From Acidimicrobiales bacterium (GTDB lineage: Bacteria > Actinomycetota > Acidimicrobiia > Acidimicrobiales > Ilumatobacteraceae): 64,000 nt of DNA. Shown one piece after another: positions 35,282 through 43,269 of the stretch (its first letter is position 1; each line of letters starts with the position of its first letter). The notes below the pieces were generated by a model. That model worked only from the letters and a program-made list of their open reading frames with translations. It had not been told where the DNA came from and made no database searches. The position numbers and the translations under genes are program-made. The stretch spans positions 9,894 to 73,893 of the forward strand of contig JAOBWO010000169.1 in assembly GCA_025463415.1 (NCBI GenBank), given 5' to 3'.

Positions 35282-36601
35282 TCACTCCAGCGGTCCGATG
35301 CGGTACGGCTGCACCGCGGTGTCGCGGCCCTTCACCATCTGCGCGTCGAGCCGCTCGTACGCGTCCGGCTTCACCGACAACGCGTCCCACGTCGCCTCGC
35401 TCAGCACCGACTGACCACTGGCCGCGAACTGCTGCAGACGTTGGCAGAGGTTCACGACGTCGCCGACCACGGTGTACTCGGCACGCTCCTCGGACCCCAG
35501 CAGGGCGGCGGCCACCTCCCCCGTCGACACTCCGATCCCGATCGGGAACGGTGGCAACCCGGCCTCGATCCACGAAGCGTTCACCGCGCTCTGGGCACGA
35601 TGCATCGCCGCGATCGCGGCGACCGCGCGATCAGCATGGTCGAGGCTGGGCACCGGCGCACCGAACACGGCCATCACCGCATCGCCGACGTACTGCATCA
35701 CGGTGCCGCCCTCGCCGATGATCGCCCCGTTCATCTCCGCGCGGTGCGTGTTCAACTGACGGGCGAGCGACGACAGGTCGGCGTGCTCCGAGATCGTCGA
35801 GTACCCGCGGATGTCGCTCATCACCACGGTGACGGTCAGCATCTCGGACTCGCCCAGCTCGCGGCCGGACGCCAACAGCTTCTCCGCCAGTCCACCCGGC
35901 AGCAGGCGGGACAACGACTCACCCTGCTCCTCACGGCTGACGATCGCGTCGTGCAGCATGCGCAGTCGCCGTAGGGCTCCCTGCGCCCCGGCCGACGCGC
36001 TGGTGGCCAGGCTCGCGAACAGCAGCTCCACCTCGTGGTTCACCGCGGCCGGCGTGGCCTTGCGCGCCACGGCGATCGCCTTGATCGGCTTGCCCTGGGC
36101 GAGCATGGCCAACAGTGCCTCTTCGTCCGCGGACAGGTCGCCCTTGCGGACGGCCGGCCGCACCATCGCGTCGACGATCGAGGGGTCGAGCACCGACCCG
36201 CCCGTCGCCACCGCCCGGATCGCGGCGACGAGTTGGTCGCCTTCGGCGATGTGGTCCTTGAGCAGATAGGCGTACCCCGCGGCGCCTTCGCTGAGCAGCG
36301 CGATCGCGTAGTCGGGATCATCGAACTGGGAGAGGATCACGATGCCGGTGCCGGGATGTCGCTTGCGGATCTCCTTGCAGCCGTCGATGCCCTCCGACTG
36401 GAACGAGGGCGGCATGCGGATGTCGGACACAACGACGTTCGGCGCCAGGGTGGACGCACCGGCCACGAGGGTGTCGTAGTCGTCGGCCACACCGACGATC
36501 TCGATGTCGGGGTTGCGGGCCAACATCGCGCGCACGCCTTCGCGCACGATGATGTTGTCGTCGGCGAGGAAGACCGTGATGCCGCCGCTGGACTGGTTCA
36601 C
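35282..36601 (-). CDS. response regulator fused to a LuxR-type HTH and a class III nucleotidyl cyclase domain
   Basis: REC is ITVFLADDNIIVREG...VVVSDIRMPPSFQSEG...IVILSQF. The HTH-like segment is LSADEEALLAMLAQGKPIKAIAVARKATPAAVNHEVELLFASL. The cyclase is VTVVMSDIRGYS...VMQYVGDAVMAVFGAP...EYTVVGDVVNLCQRL. GTG start overlaps the upstream stop (GTGA). Confidence 0.85.
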   Translation of the reverse strand: MNQSSGGITVFLADDNIIVREGVRAMLARNPDIEIVGVADDYDTLVAGASTLAPNVVVSDIRMPPSFQSEGIDGCKEIRKRHPGTGIVILSQFDDPDYAIALLSEGAAGYAYLLKDHIAEGDQLVAAIRAVATGGSVLDPSIVDAMVRPAVRKGDLSADEEALLAMLAQGKPIKAIAVARKATPAAVNHEVELLFASLATSASAGAQGALRRLRMLHDAIVSREEQGESLSRLLPGGLAEKLLASGRELGESEMLTVTVVMSDIRGYSTISEHADLSSLARQLNTHRAEMNGAIIGEGGTVMQYVGDAVMAVFGAPVPSLDHADRAVAAIAAMHRAQSAVNASWIEAGLPPFPIGIGVSTGEVAAALLGSEERAEYTVVGDVVNLCQRLQQFAASGQSVLSEATWDALSVKPDAYERLDAQMVKGRDTAVQPYRIGPLE

Positions 36602-37617
36602 CGGTCGATCACGTTCGCGTGCTCACGACGGTGATCGGCCGACAGCCGACGCAGAGCCTCGAGATCCACCGCGGCGGCTGACGCCACGGCGACCTTGCAG
36701 GCAGTGACGGCTCGCAGCGTCGCCGTTCGCCGGCCACCTTCGAGGATCGCCCGCTCTCCGGCCACCGTGCCGGGTCCGAGCTCGGCCAGCTCGCGTCCGT
36801 CCACCTCGAGACCGAGCACTCCGTCGAGGAGGACGAACATCTCGTCGCCCTCGTCACCCTGGTCGACCAACGTCTCGCCGGCTCTGATCCTGCGCACCGT
36901 CGGCTTGGCGCTCCCTCGCATGATCGCGGTGGACAGCTCTCGTTCCAATGCGGTCTCGACGGCCGTCACCAGTGCCGGCGAATCGAGGTCGCCCCAGGGC
37001 GTGTGATCACCGAACGCATCCTTGTACCAGGTCTTGAAATCGATCAGCCCGGTCTTGGCCAGCAGTTGTCCGTCCGTGTCGTACACCCAGTGGCGAGGGA
37101 ATGGACTGGCACCGACGAGCTTGCCCTCGGCGGTGCCGTCGGCGCGGATGGTCAACGCCAGCGTCGACCACGCGATCGGCGCGTGGTACTGGATGAACGG
37201 TGGGCGGCGCACGGTGCGCGGTGCCGGGACGCCGGTCCGTCCACCGGCAGTCTGCAGGAAGCGCACCCATCCCGGCCCGAACTCGGGGTCGGCCTGCTTG
37301 TCGGGAAGCGGCACCGCGGCGATCGAGATGTCCCGACCGAGGCTCAGCGTCGTCGAGCCGAGCAGCCCGCCGCCGGCGTATCCAGCATCGGTGATCCTGC
37401 CGTCGTCGTCGACGTCGATCCATGCATGGAGTTGGTTGGCGAACCGGAACCGATCGGCGACACGCAGTTCCTCCAACGTCGCACCCGGGGTGTCGATCCG
37501 GTCCGGCGGCGCGACGTCGAAGTGGGCCAGGCCCGATCTGAAGGGCAGCTTGGCCAGCCCGGCGATGGCTTCCGACGGGATCCACGAGAGTGCGGTGATC
37601 GATGCAGTGCGGCGCAT
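36598..37617 (-). CDS. cyclic-nucleotide-binding (CAP_ED) protein with uncharacterised ~220-aa N-terminal domain
   Basis: C-terminus RIRAGETLVDQGDEGDEMFVLLDGVLGLEVDGRELAELGPGTVAGERAILEGGRRTATLRAVT carries the phosphate-binding cassette GE...RTA. The N-terminal domain was not recognised. No HTH. Confidence 0.8.
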   Translation of the reverse strand: MRRTASITALSWIPSEAIAGLAKLPFRSGLAHFDVAPPDRIDTPGATLEELRVADRFRFANQLHAWIDVDDDGRITDAGYAGGGLLGSTTLSLGRDISIAAVPLPDKQADPEFGPGWVRFLQTAGGRTGVPAPRTVRRPPFIQYHAPIAWSTLALTIRADGTAEGKLVGASPFPRHWVYDTDGQLLAKTGLIDFKTWYKDAFGDHTPWGDLDSPALVTAVETALERELSTAIMRGSAKPTVRRIRAGETLVDQGDEGDEMFVLLDGVLGLEVDGRELAELGPGTVAGERAILEGGRRTATLRAVTACKVAVASAAAVDLEALRRLSADHRREHANVIDR

Positions 37618-37748
37618 GCAGCCAATGATCGACCGAGTGGGGCGAACTCGACAGGGTGAAGCCTGGCTTCGCGAAGTGTGGCTGTCACCACCCTCGCGAC
37701 CGCGCCGTCACCATTGTGGTGGCGATTCGCCACGGCCAAGATGCAGAG

Positions 37749-40109
37749 GTGCCCGCGCAGTCTCCCGTCGATCTGTGGAGCCGAACCGATCTGCGCGCCC
37801 GATGGAAGTCGTTGGTCGTGCTCGGCATCCTGGCCGGTTTGACGGCAGGGCTGGCGACGGCAGCGTTCGATGGCGCACAGCGCACGGCGACCGCGTTGCA
37901 TCGACTCGAAGCACGCAACAACGCCAGCGACGCTGTGGTGTTCGCCTCGCAGACATCCACCGACAGGCCGTCCTGGACCACGCTGGCCAATCGACCAGAG
38001 GTGGCTCGGATCGCCCGGTGGCGGTTGGCGTTCGGGCTCATCGGTGATTCGTACACGGTGATGTTCGGGCCGAGTGACGACGTGTGGTTGCAACAGGTCG
38101 ACAAGCCGATCGTCGTCGCCGGGAGGATGTTCGATCCGACCAAGCCGAACGAGGTGGTGGTTGACGACCAGGCGGGCGCGGACGCTCCGCCGCTGGGATC
38201 CACCGTGCAGTTCGACACGTTCGGTCCGTACGACCCGTCGGTCGGTGACGTTCCCGGATCGGGACCATCCGTGCAACTGACGGTCGTCGGCGTGGTCCAC
38301 ACGTCGCTCAGCTGGGAGTTCACCAGCGGCGCGTTCGTGTCGCCGGGGTTCTTCGCCGAGTACGGCGAACAGATCGAGTTCGCCGAGAACGGGTTCGTGC
38401 AACTGCGCAACGGCGGCGCGGACATGACGGCCCTGCGTCGTGATGCCAGCCGCGACCTCTTCGCCGGCGTGCCCGTGCTCGATCTGCGCACGACGGCGCG
38501 CCGCGTCACGGCGACGACCGACGTCGAGAAGGCGATGCTGCTGCTCCTGGCGGCGATCGTGGCGTTGGCCGGACTCGTCTTCGTCGGCCAGGCCATCGCC
38601 CGCTCCGCAGCGACGATCGGATCCGATGTGCCGACGCTGCGCGCGCTCGGGATGACACGACGCGAGATGCTGGCTGCAGCGCTTCGCCCGCACGCGCTCA
38701 CGGCGTGCGTCGCTGCACTCGTGCTGGCACTCACGACCGGCATCGCATCTCGATGGTTCCCCGTCGGGCTGGCCGCCCAGGTCGACCCGGCGCGCGGCAT
38801 CCGGATCAACGTCGGACTGATCCTGGTGGCAATGGTCGCGCTCGCCGTGTTGATCACGGCTCAAGCCGCGCTGTCCAGCTGGCTCGCTGCGGCACCGACG
38901 GATGCGAACCGCCCGACACGCGTCTCGCTGCTGACCCGGGTGGGGCTGGTGCGGCCCCTCGCCGTGGGCGTCGGTGTGCGGATGGCGTTGGAGGGGAACC
39001 GCCGCACCGGGCGGGGTGGCTCTCGCTCGGCCCTGGTCGGAGCGGTCGCCGCCATCGCAGGCATCGTCGCGATCATCACGCTCAACCATGGGCTCGACGA
39101 CTCGCTCAGCCACCCACAGGTAGCGGGCGTGGCGTGGGACGTCACCGTCACGCCCGACGCCACGGACACGAGCCTCGAGGGCGTCGATCCGAAGGTGGTC
39201 GACGCTGTCATCGACCAGCCCGGCCTTGCCGCGACGGGCACGATCGGACGCGTGACCGCGCAGATCGGCGACGCGGGCGTGCCGACCTTCACAGTCATCC
39301 CGAGGGGCACGGGTCCACAGATCCAGCTCGTCACCCTGCAGGGCCGGCCACCCGAGGCTGATGACCAGATCGAACTCGGACCGTCGACGGCACGTGACCT
39401 CGGCGTCGGCATCGGCGACACCATCCAGCTCGAGGACGGCCGCGCCGCGCGCGTCGTGGGCCTCGGCCTCTTCCCGTCGGACGTTCACGCCCAGTTCGAC
39501 GAGGGCGCCTGGCTGTCCAACAGCCGATGGTTCGAGCTGCTGAGCCGACAGGACGCCCAGGAGGGTGCGGCGTTCGCGATCGCGGTGCGCTTCGCCGACC
39601 GCGACCACATCGCCGAGCAGACCCAGACGCTCGCGACCGCGCTCGCGCCGGTCGCCTCCGACATCGCGCCGGCCGAGGTGCCGTACGAGCTGAGCAACCT
39701 GCACAACGTGCGTCGCCTGCCCACACTGCTCGCGATCTTCCTGACCGCGCTCGGCGTCGTCGCCGTCGGCCATGCCCTGTTCACCACGGTCCGCCGGCGG
39801 CGCAAGGACTTCGCCGTGATGAGCGCGCTGGGCGTCACCAGAACCGGATCGCGCATCGTGCTGGCCGTGCAGGGATCGACGGTCGCGGTGGTCGGGCTGC
39901 TGTTCGGCGTTCCGCTCGGGTTGCTGGCCGGCCGAGCCGGTTGGCAGGCGATCACCGATCGCGTGCCGCTCACGTTCCGCTCGCCGATCACGTTCGTCGC
40001 GATCCTGCTGATCCTGCCGATCGCGATCGTCGTCGCAAACGCGCTGGCGGTGCTGCCCGGCCATCGCGCCGCCAAGCTCGAACCGGCGCTCATCCTCCGC
40101 TCGGAGTGA
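37749..40109 (+). CDS. ABC transporter permease with two FtsX domains (second copy, no adjacent ATPase)
   Basis: Same architecture as 29923-32373: ...TLRALGMTRREML... and ...MSALGVTRTGSRIVL...LPGHRAAKLEPALILRSE. Start taken at GTG 37749 (VPAQSPVDLWSR); the track ORF starts at 37656. Confidence 0.8.
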   Translation: MPAQSPVDLWSRTDLRARWKSLVVLGILAGLTAGLATAAFDGAQRTATALHRLEARNNASDAVVFASQTSTDRPSWTTLANRPEVARIARWRLAFGLIGDSYTVMFGPSDDVWLQQVDKPIVVAGRMFDPTKPNEVVVDDQAGADAPPLGSTVQFDTFGPYDPSVGDVPGSGPSVQLTVVGVVHTSLSWEFTSGAFVSPGFFAEYGEQIEFAENGFVQLRNGGADMTALRRDASRDLFAGVPVLDLRTTARRVTATTDVEKAMLLLLAAIVALAGLVFVGQAIARSAATIGSDVPTLRALGMTRREMLAAALRPHALTACVAALVLALTTGIASRWFPVGLAAQVDPARGIRINVGLILVAMVALAVLITAQAALSSWLAAAPTDANRPTRVSLLTRVGLVRPLAVGVGVRMALEGNRRTGRGGSRSALVGAVAAIAGIVAIITLNHGLDDSLSHPQVAGVAWDVTVTPDATDTSLEGVDPKVVDAVIDQPGLAATGTIGRVTAQIGDAGVPTFTVIPRGTGPQIQLVTLQGRPPEADDQIELGPSTARDLGVGIGDTIQLEDGRAARVVGLGLFPSDVHAQFDEGAWLSNSRWFELLSRQDAQEGAAFAIAVRFADRDHIAEQTQTLATALAPVASDIAPAEVPYELSNLHNVRRLPTLLAIFLTALGVVAVGHALFTTVRRRRKDFAVMSALGVTRTGSRIVLAVQGSTVAVVGLLFGVPLGLLAGRAGWQAITDRVPLTFRSPITFVAILLILPIAIVVANALAVLPGHRAAKLEPALILRSE

Positions 40110-40124
40110 CCGGCAGCGCGACGC

Positions 40125-40697
40125 TCAGCGGACGAACTGGTCCACGTGGTCGGCGCCGAGGCCGACGTCGGTGTAGTGCCGGCGAGCCAGAGCCAGCTTG
40201 GTGTGCGCATCCTCGTAGCCGATCGGCACGCCGTACGGGTCGACGTAGACGAGCCCGCCGGTGACGTGGAAGAGCGTGATCATCTCGCTCACGTCATCGG
40301 GCACGATCAGCGTGTGCACCTCGCCGGGCGACTCGTAGGCGTAGGTGCCGGTCTCGGCCACCCAGTCGTGCTCGAGGTAGAACCACCGTCCGCGCAAGAC
40401 ATGCGCATGCACGGGACCCGCGTGGCGGTGCCTGCTGAGCACGCCGGAGCGCCGGACCCTGAGCAGGTTGACGTAGTAACCCTGCGACGCCGACAGCAGC
40501 AGCGGCCGGAACGAGACGTGCTCGGATTGCGGCACCCACAACCGCTCGTCGACGTCGTCGAGCAAGCCGGGCACGATGACGTCGGTGGACACATCCGGTG
40601 AGGGCGGCAGTTGGTACGGCATTCGCGCCGTTGCTTCATCTTGCGCAGCAGGCACACCCACGCGCTCTGGCGTGGTCTCTGTCGACGGGTTGGTCAT
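40125..40697 (-). CDS. cupin, 2,4'-dihydroxyacetophenone dioxygenase (DAD)-like family
   Basis: WVPQSEHVSFRPLLLSASQGYYVNLLRVRRSGVLSRHRHAGPVHAHVLRGRWFYLEHDW...GEVHTL. ATG at 40695-40697, 7 nt after the upstream stop. Confidence 0.8.
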   Translation of the reverse strand: MTNPSTETTPERVGVPAAQDEATARMPYQLPPSPDVSTDVIVPGLLDDVDERLWVPQSEHVSFRPLLLSASQGYYVNLLRVRRSGVLSRHRHAGPVHAHVLRGRWFYLEHDWVAETGTYAYESPGEVHTLIVPDDVSEMITLFHVTGGLVYVDPYGVPIGYEDAHTKLALARRHYTDVGLGADHVDQFVR

Positions 40698-40704
40698 CAC
40701 CCCA

Positions 40705-43269
40705 TCATCGCGGTTGCGCCGGCCCACTGCGGCGCCGCCGACCGAGCAGCACTCCAGCCGCTGCCGCGATCACGAGACCGGCCGCGAGGATGATGATGCT
40801 CTGCAGGCCGACACCATCGTCGGGGGCTGATGATCGGGACGCACTGGTTCCGTCCGGGATCGTCAGGTCGCCGGCGGGCAGGGTCGTGGAGAACGACAGG
40901 AACGGGGCGTCGGTCGCGGAAGCCTGGGCCCAGAACTCGGCGGGTTGGATCGTGCCGATGACACGCGGGGCATGCCCATCGGCGATGCCGATCAGCACGA
41001 CGGTCGCCAGCGAGGTCGGCGGCGGCACCGTCAGCTCGACCGTTCCGTCCGCGCCGGGCGTCACCGTGTAGCCGTACGACTGATCCTGGTCGGGCGCCGG
41101 GTAGATCACCTGGGCGTAGACCTGAGCGTCGGGGATCTGGACGTTGTCGGCGTCGTGCAGGTCGATCGTCGCCGTGAACGCCGGCGGGCCGGTGTAGTCG
41201 GTGCGCGGCCGGCGGGGCAGGCTGCACCCGAACCTCGGCTTCTTCAGGCACTGCTCCTGATCGCCGTAACCCGGGTGGGCGGTGGTGCCGACCGTCTCGC
41301 CGGGGTCGAGGTCGAAGTTGCCGTCGGCGTTGTCGAAGAACCCGGAGGTGATGAAGAGCTGGTCGATCGTGTCGTAGCCCTCCACGATCTCGCCGCGGCC
41401 CCCGAATGCGGCCTTCAGCGCCTGATACAGGTCATCGACGTCGAACACGTGACCGGCGGACAGCTCTTTGACGCTGTGGAAGCCGGAGATCGCCGCCCAG
41501 ATCTCCGGCAGCGTGACATCGAACGGTTGTCCCGCCGGGTCGGGCTTCTTCGGTCGACCCTCGCGGATCGTGATCGAGAGATCCTTGTAGGAGAGGCCCT
41601 TCGGCACGACGAGGACGAACAGCCCCTCACCGCCGGATCCGACATCGGCAGGGATCGTCGTGCCGTAGCTGCCATCGAGGATCTGGCCGCCTGTGCCGTA
41701 GAACGCTGCGCCGGCGACGGTGCCGTAGCTGGCGCCCTCGGCAGTCGTGTTGCGGAAGTGGCCGACGATCAACCGTCCCAGCGTCGGATCGGTCACCTCC
41801 GTGTAGCCGGTGACCTTGAACGTGCGCGGCGCTCTCGGCTCGACGGGCGCAGGAGTGATGCTCAGCCGATCCAACCGGACGAGCAGGCTGGCCACGGAGA
41901 GCTCCTCCTGCACCCACGCCTGGTGCGGTTCGGACAGATCCAACCTGCCGCCCTGCCAGCGGTAGAGCTCGGGATCCTCACGATCGACGACGTACTTGTT
42001 GACCATCGAGGACCAGAACTCGGCGAAGCCCTCCGTCCACGAGTCACTGCTCGACGCGTTCGCGTACCCGGCGTGGTTGACGTCAGCAACCCGATCGGGC
42101 AGACCATTGAACGCGCTCGCCAGCACGAAGTGGCCGAACTCGTGGAACTCGCGGTTGTCCGGCCGGTTGGCGCTGTTGAGCCCGCTGTCCCTCGGCGGGA
42201 TCGCGATGTAGGGACGGTCGACGGTGACGGCACCGTCGGACCGACTGCCCTGGAAGAAGGTGCCCGACGTCGCGGTGCATCCCAACGCCGCCGAATCGCA
42301 CCACGCGTCGACCTGCAGCGGCAGCCCGTAGCCGATCGAGATCCCGAGCTGGTCCGCCAGCTCCCACGCTTGATGAATGCCCTGGTAGATCTGCACCACG
42401 GCCGGCCAGTCCGTGATCGGAGCAACCTTGCTGGTGTAGCTCCCCGGGATCCCACGCATGTCGAAGTCGAACCGGCAGTCGCCGTCGTCGGGGATCAGGA
42501 ACGGCTCGGTGTTCAGGATCGGGCCCTTCTGCCGGTAGCCGACGATGAATCGCTGCGGTGAGTGCGTCTGCTCCTCACTGAACAGTGAGACCCGCACCTT
42601 GTCGGTCCGTGGGTCGAAGACGCCACCGGCGGGATCGTCCCCGATCTGGGCGAACGAGTACGACCCGTCGGCCAACGTGGAGGTGTCCAGCTCCAGCCCA
42701 CCCGCCGTCACGTGGATGTGGATGTCGGCAACGGGGTCACCGAAGGCATCGATGACGTTGCCCATGATGCTGCAGGCGGGTGCGTGGGCGTCCAGCGTCG
42801 AGTCGGTCGAGCTGCTCGATCCACTGGTCGCGCCACCGGTCGAGCCGCCGGACCCGCCGGATCCGCCACCGGGTTCGAACACGGTGCAATCCACCGATTG
42901 GGCGTTGCCGAACGAGCTGATCGATCCGCCCTGGGCGGCGAGCCTGGCGCCTGCCGCGGCGCACACCTCGGAGGGCTTCTCGAAGGGACCGGCCGAGAAG
43001 TCGGTTGAGTACCCGAACGTTCCGCCTGTTCCGTCGGACACCAAGATGCCGCCGTTCGCGTCGGGCGGGTTGTTGAAGATGATCAACGCATCGTCCTTCA
43101 CGCCGCCAGACGTCGTGCCGTGCCCGGTGATGTGGATCAGGTACTGCGGGCTCGGGAACGGTCGATCGGGATCGACGGTGCCCGAGGTGGCGAGCGAGGT
43201 GGTGGGTGACACGACGACCGCCGCAAGCGCACCGATCACGATCCAGGTGTGCAGCGGGCGTGGCCTCAC
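40705..43269 (-). CDS. 854-aa secreted, C-terminally membrane-anchored protein with HEFGH zinc-metalloprotease motif
   Basis: Domains in order:
- signal peptide MRPRPLHTWIVIGALAAVVVSPTTSLA
- Gly/Ser linker
- prealbumin-like segment GNVIDAFGDPVADIHIHV...DGSYSF
- HEFGH (nt 42130-42144) followed 33 residues later by WTEGFAEFW (candidate third ligand Glu)
- C-terminal TM IIILAAGLVIAAAAGVLLG plus RRRR
GTG start overlaps the upstream stop. Confidence 0.8.
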   Translation of the reverse strand: MRPRPLHTWIVIGALAAVVVSPTTSLATSGTVDPDRPFPSPQYLIHITGHGTTSGGVKDDALIIFNNPPDANGGILVSDGTGGTFGYSTDFSAGPFEKPSEVCAAAGARLAAQGGSISSFGNAQSVDCTVFEPGGGSGGSGGSTGGATSGSSSSTDSTLDAHAPACSIMGNVIDAFGDPVADIHIHVTAGGLELDTSTLADGSYSFAQIGDDPAGGVFDPRTDKVRVSLFSEEQTHSPQRFIVGYRQKGPILNTEPFLIPDDGDCRFDFDMRGIPGSYTSKVAPITDWPAVVQIYQGIHQAWELADQLGISIGYGLPLQVDAWCDSAALGCTATSGTFFQGSRSDGAVTVDRPYIAIPPRDSGLNSANRPDNREFHEFGHFVLASAFNGLPDRVADVNHAGYANASSSDSWTEGFAEFWSSMVNKYVVDREDPELYRWQGGRLDLSEPHQAWVQEELSVASLLVRLDRLSITPAPVEPRAPRTFKVTGYTEVTDPTLGRLIVGHFRNTTAEGASYGTVAGAAFYGTGGQILDGSYGTTIPADVGSGGEGLFVLVVPKGLSYKDLSITIREGRPKKPDPAGQPFDVTLPEIWAAISGFHSVKELSAGHVFDVDDLYQALKAAFGGRGEIVEGYDTIDQLFITSGFFDNADGNFDLDPGETVGTTAHPGYGDQEQCLKKPRFGCSLPRRPRTDYTGPPAFTATIDLHDADNVQIPDAQVYAQVIYPAPDQDQSYGYTVTPGADGTVELTVPPPTSLATVVLIGIADGHAPRVIGTIQPAEFWAQASATDAPFLSFSTTLPAGDLTIPDGTSASRSSAPDDGVGLQSIIILAAGLVIAAAAGVLLGRRRRSGPAQPR

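Noticed and set aside
40867-40881. LPAGD near the C-terminus of the HEFGH protein, considered as a sortase LPXTG sorting signal.
   Set aside because: The motif does not fit LPXTG. It lies about 25 residues before the hydrophobic segment instead of directly adjacent, and no sortase gene is in the window. I interpret the tail as a simple C-terminal TM anchor.
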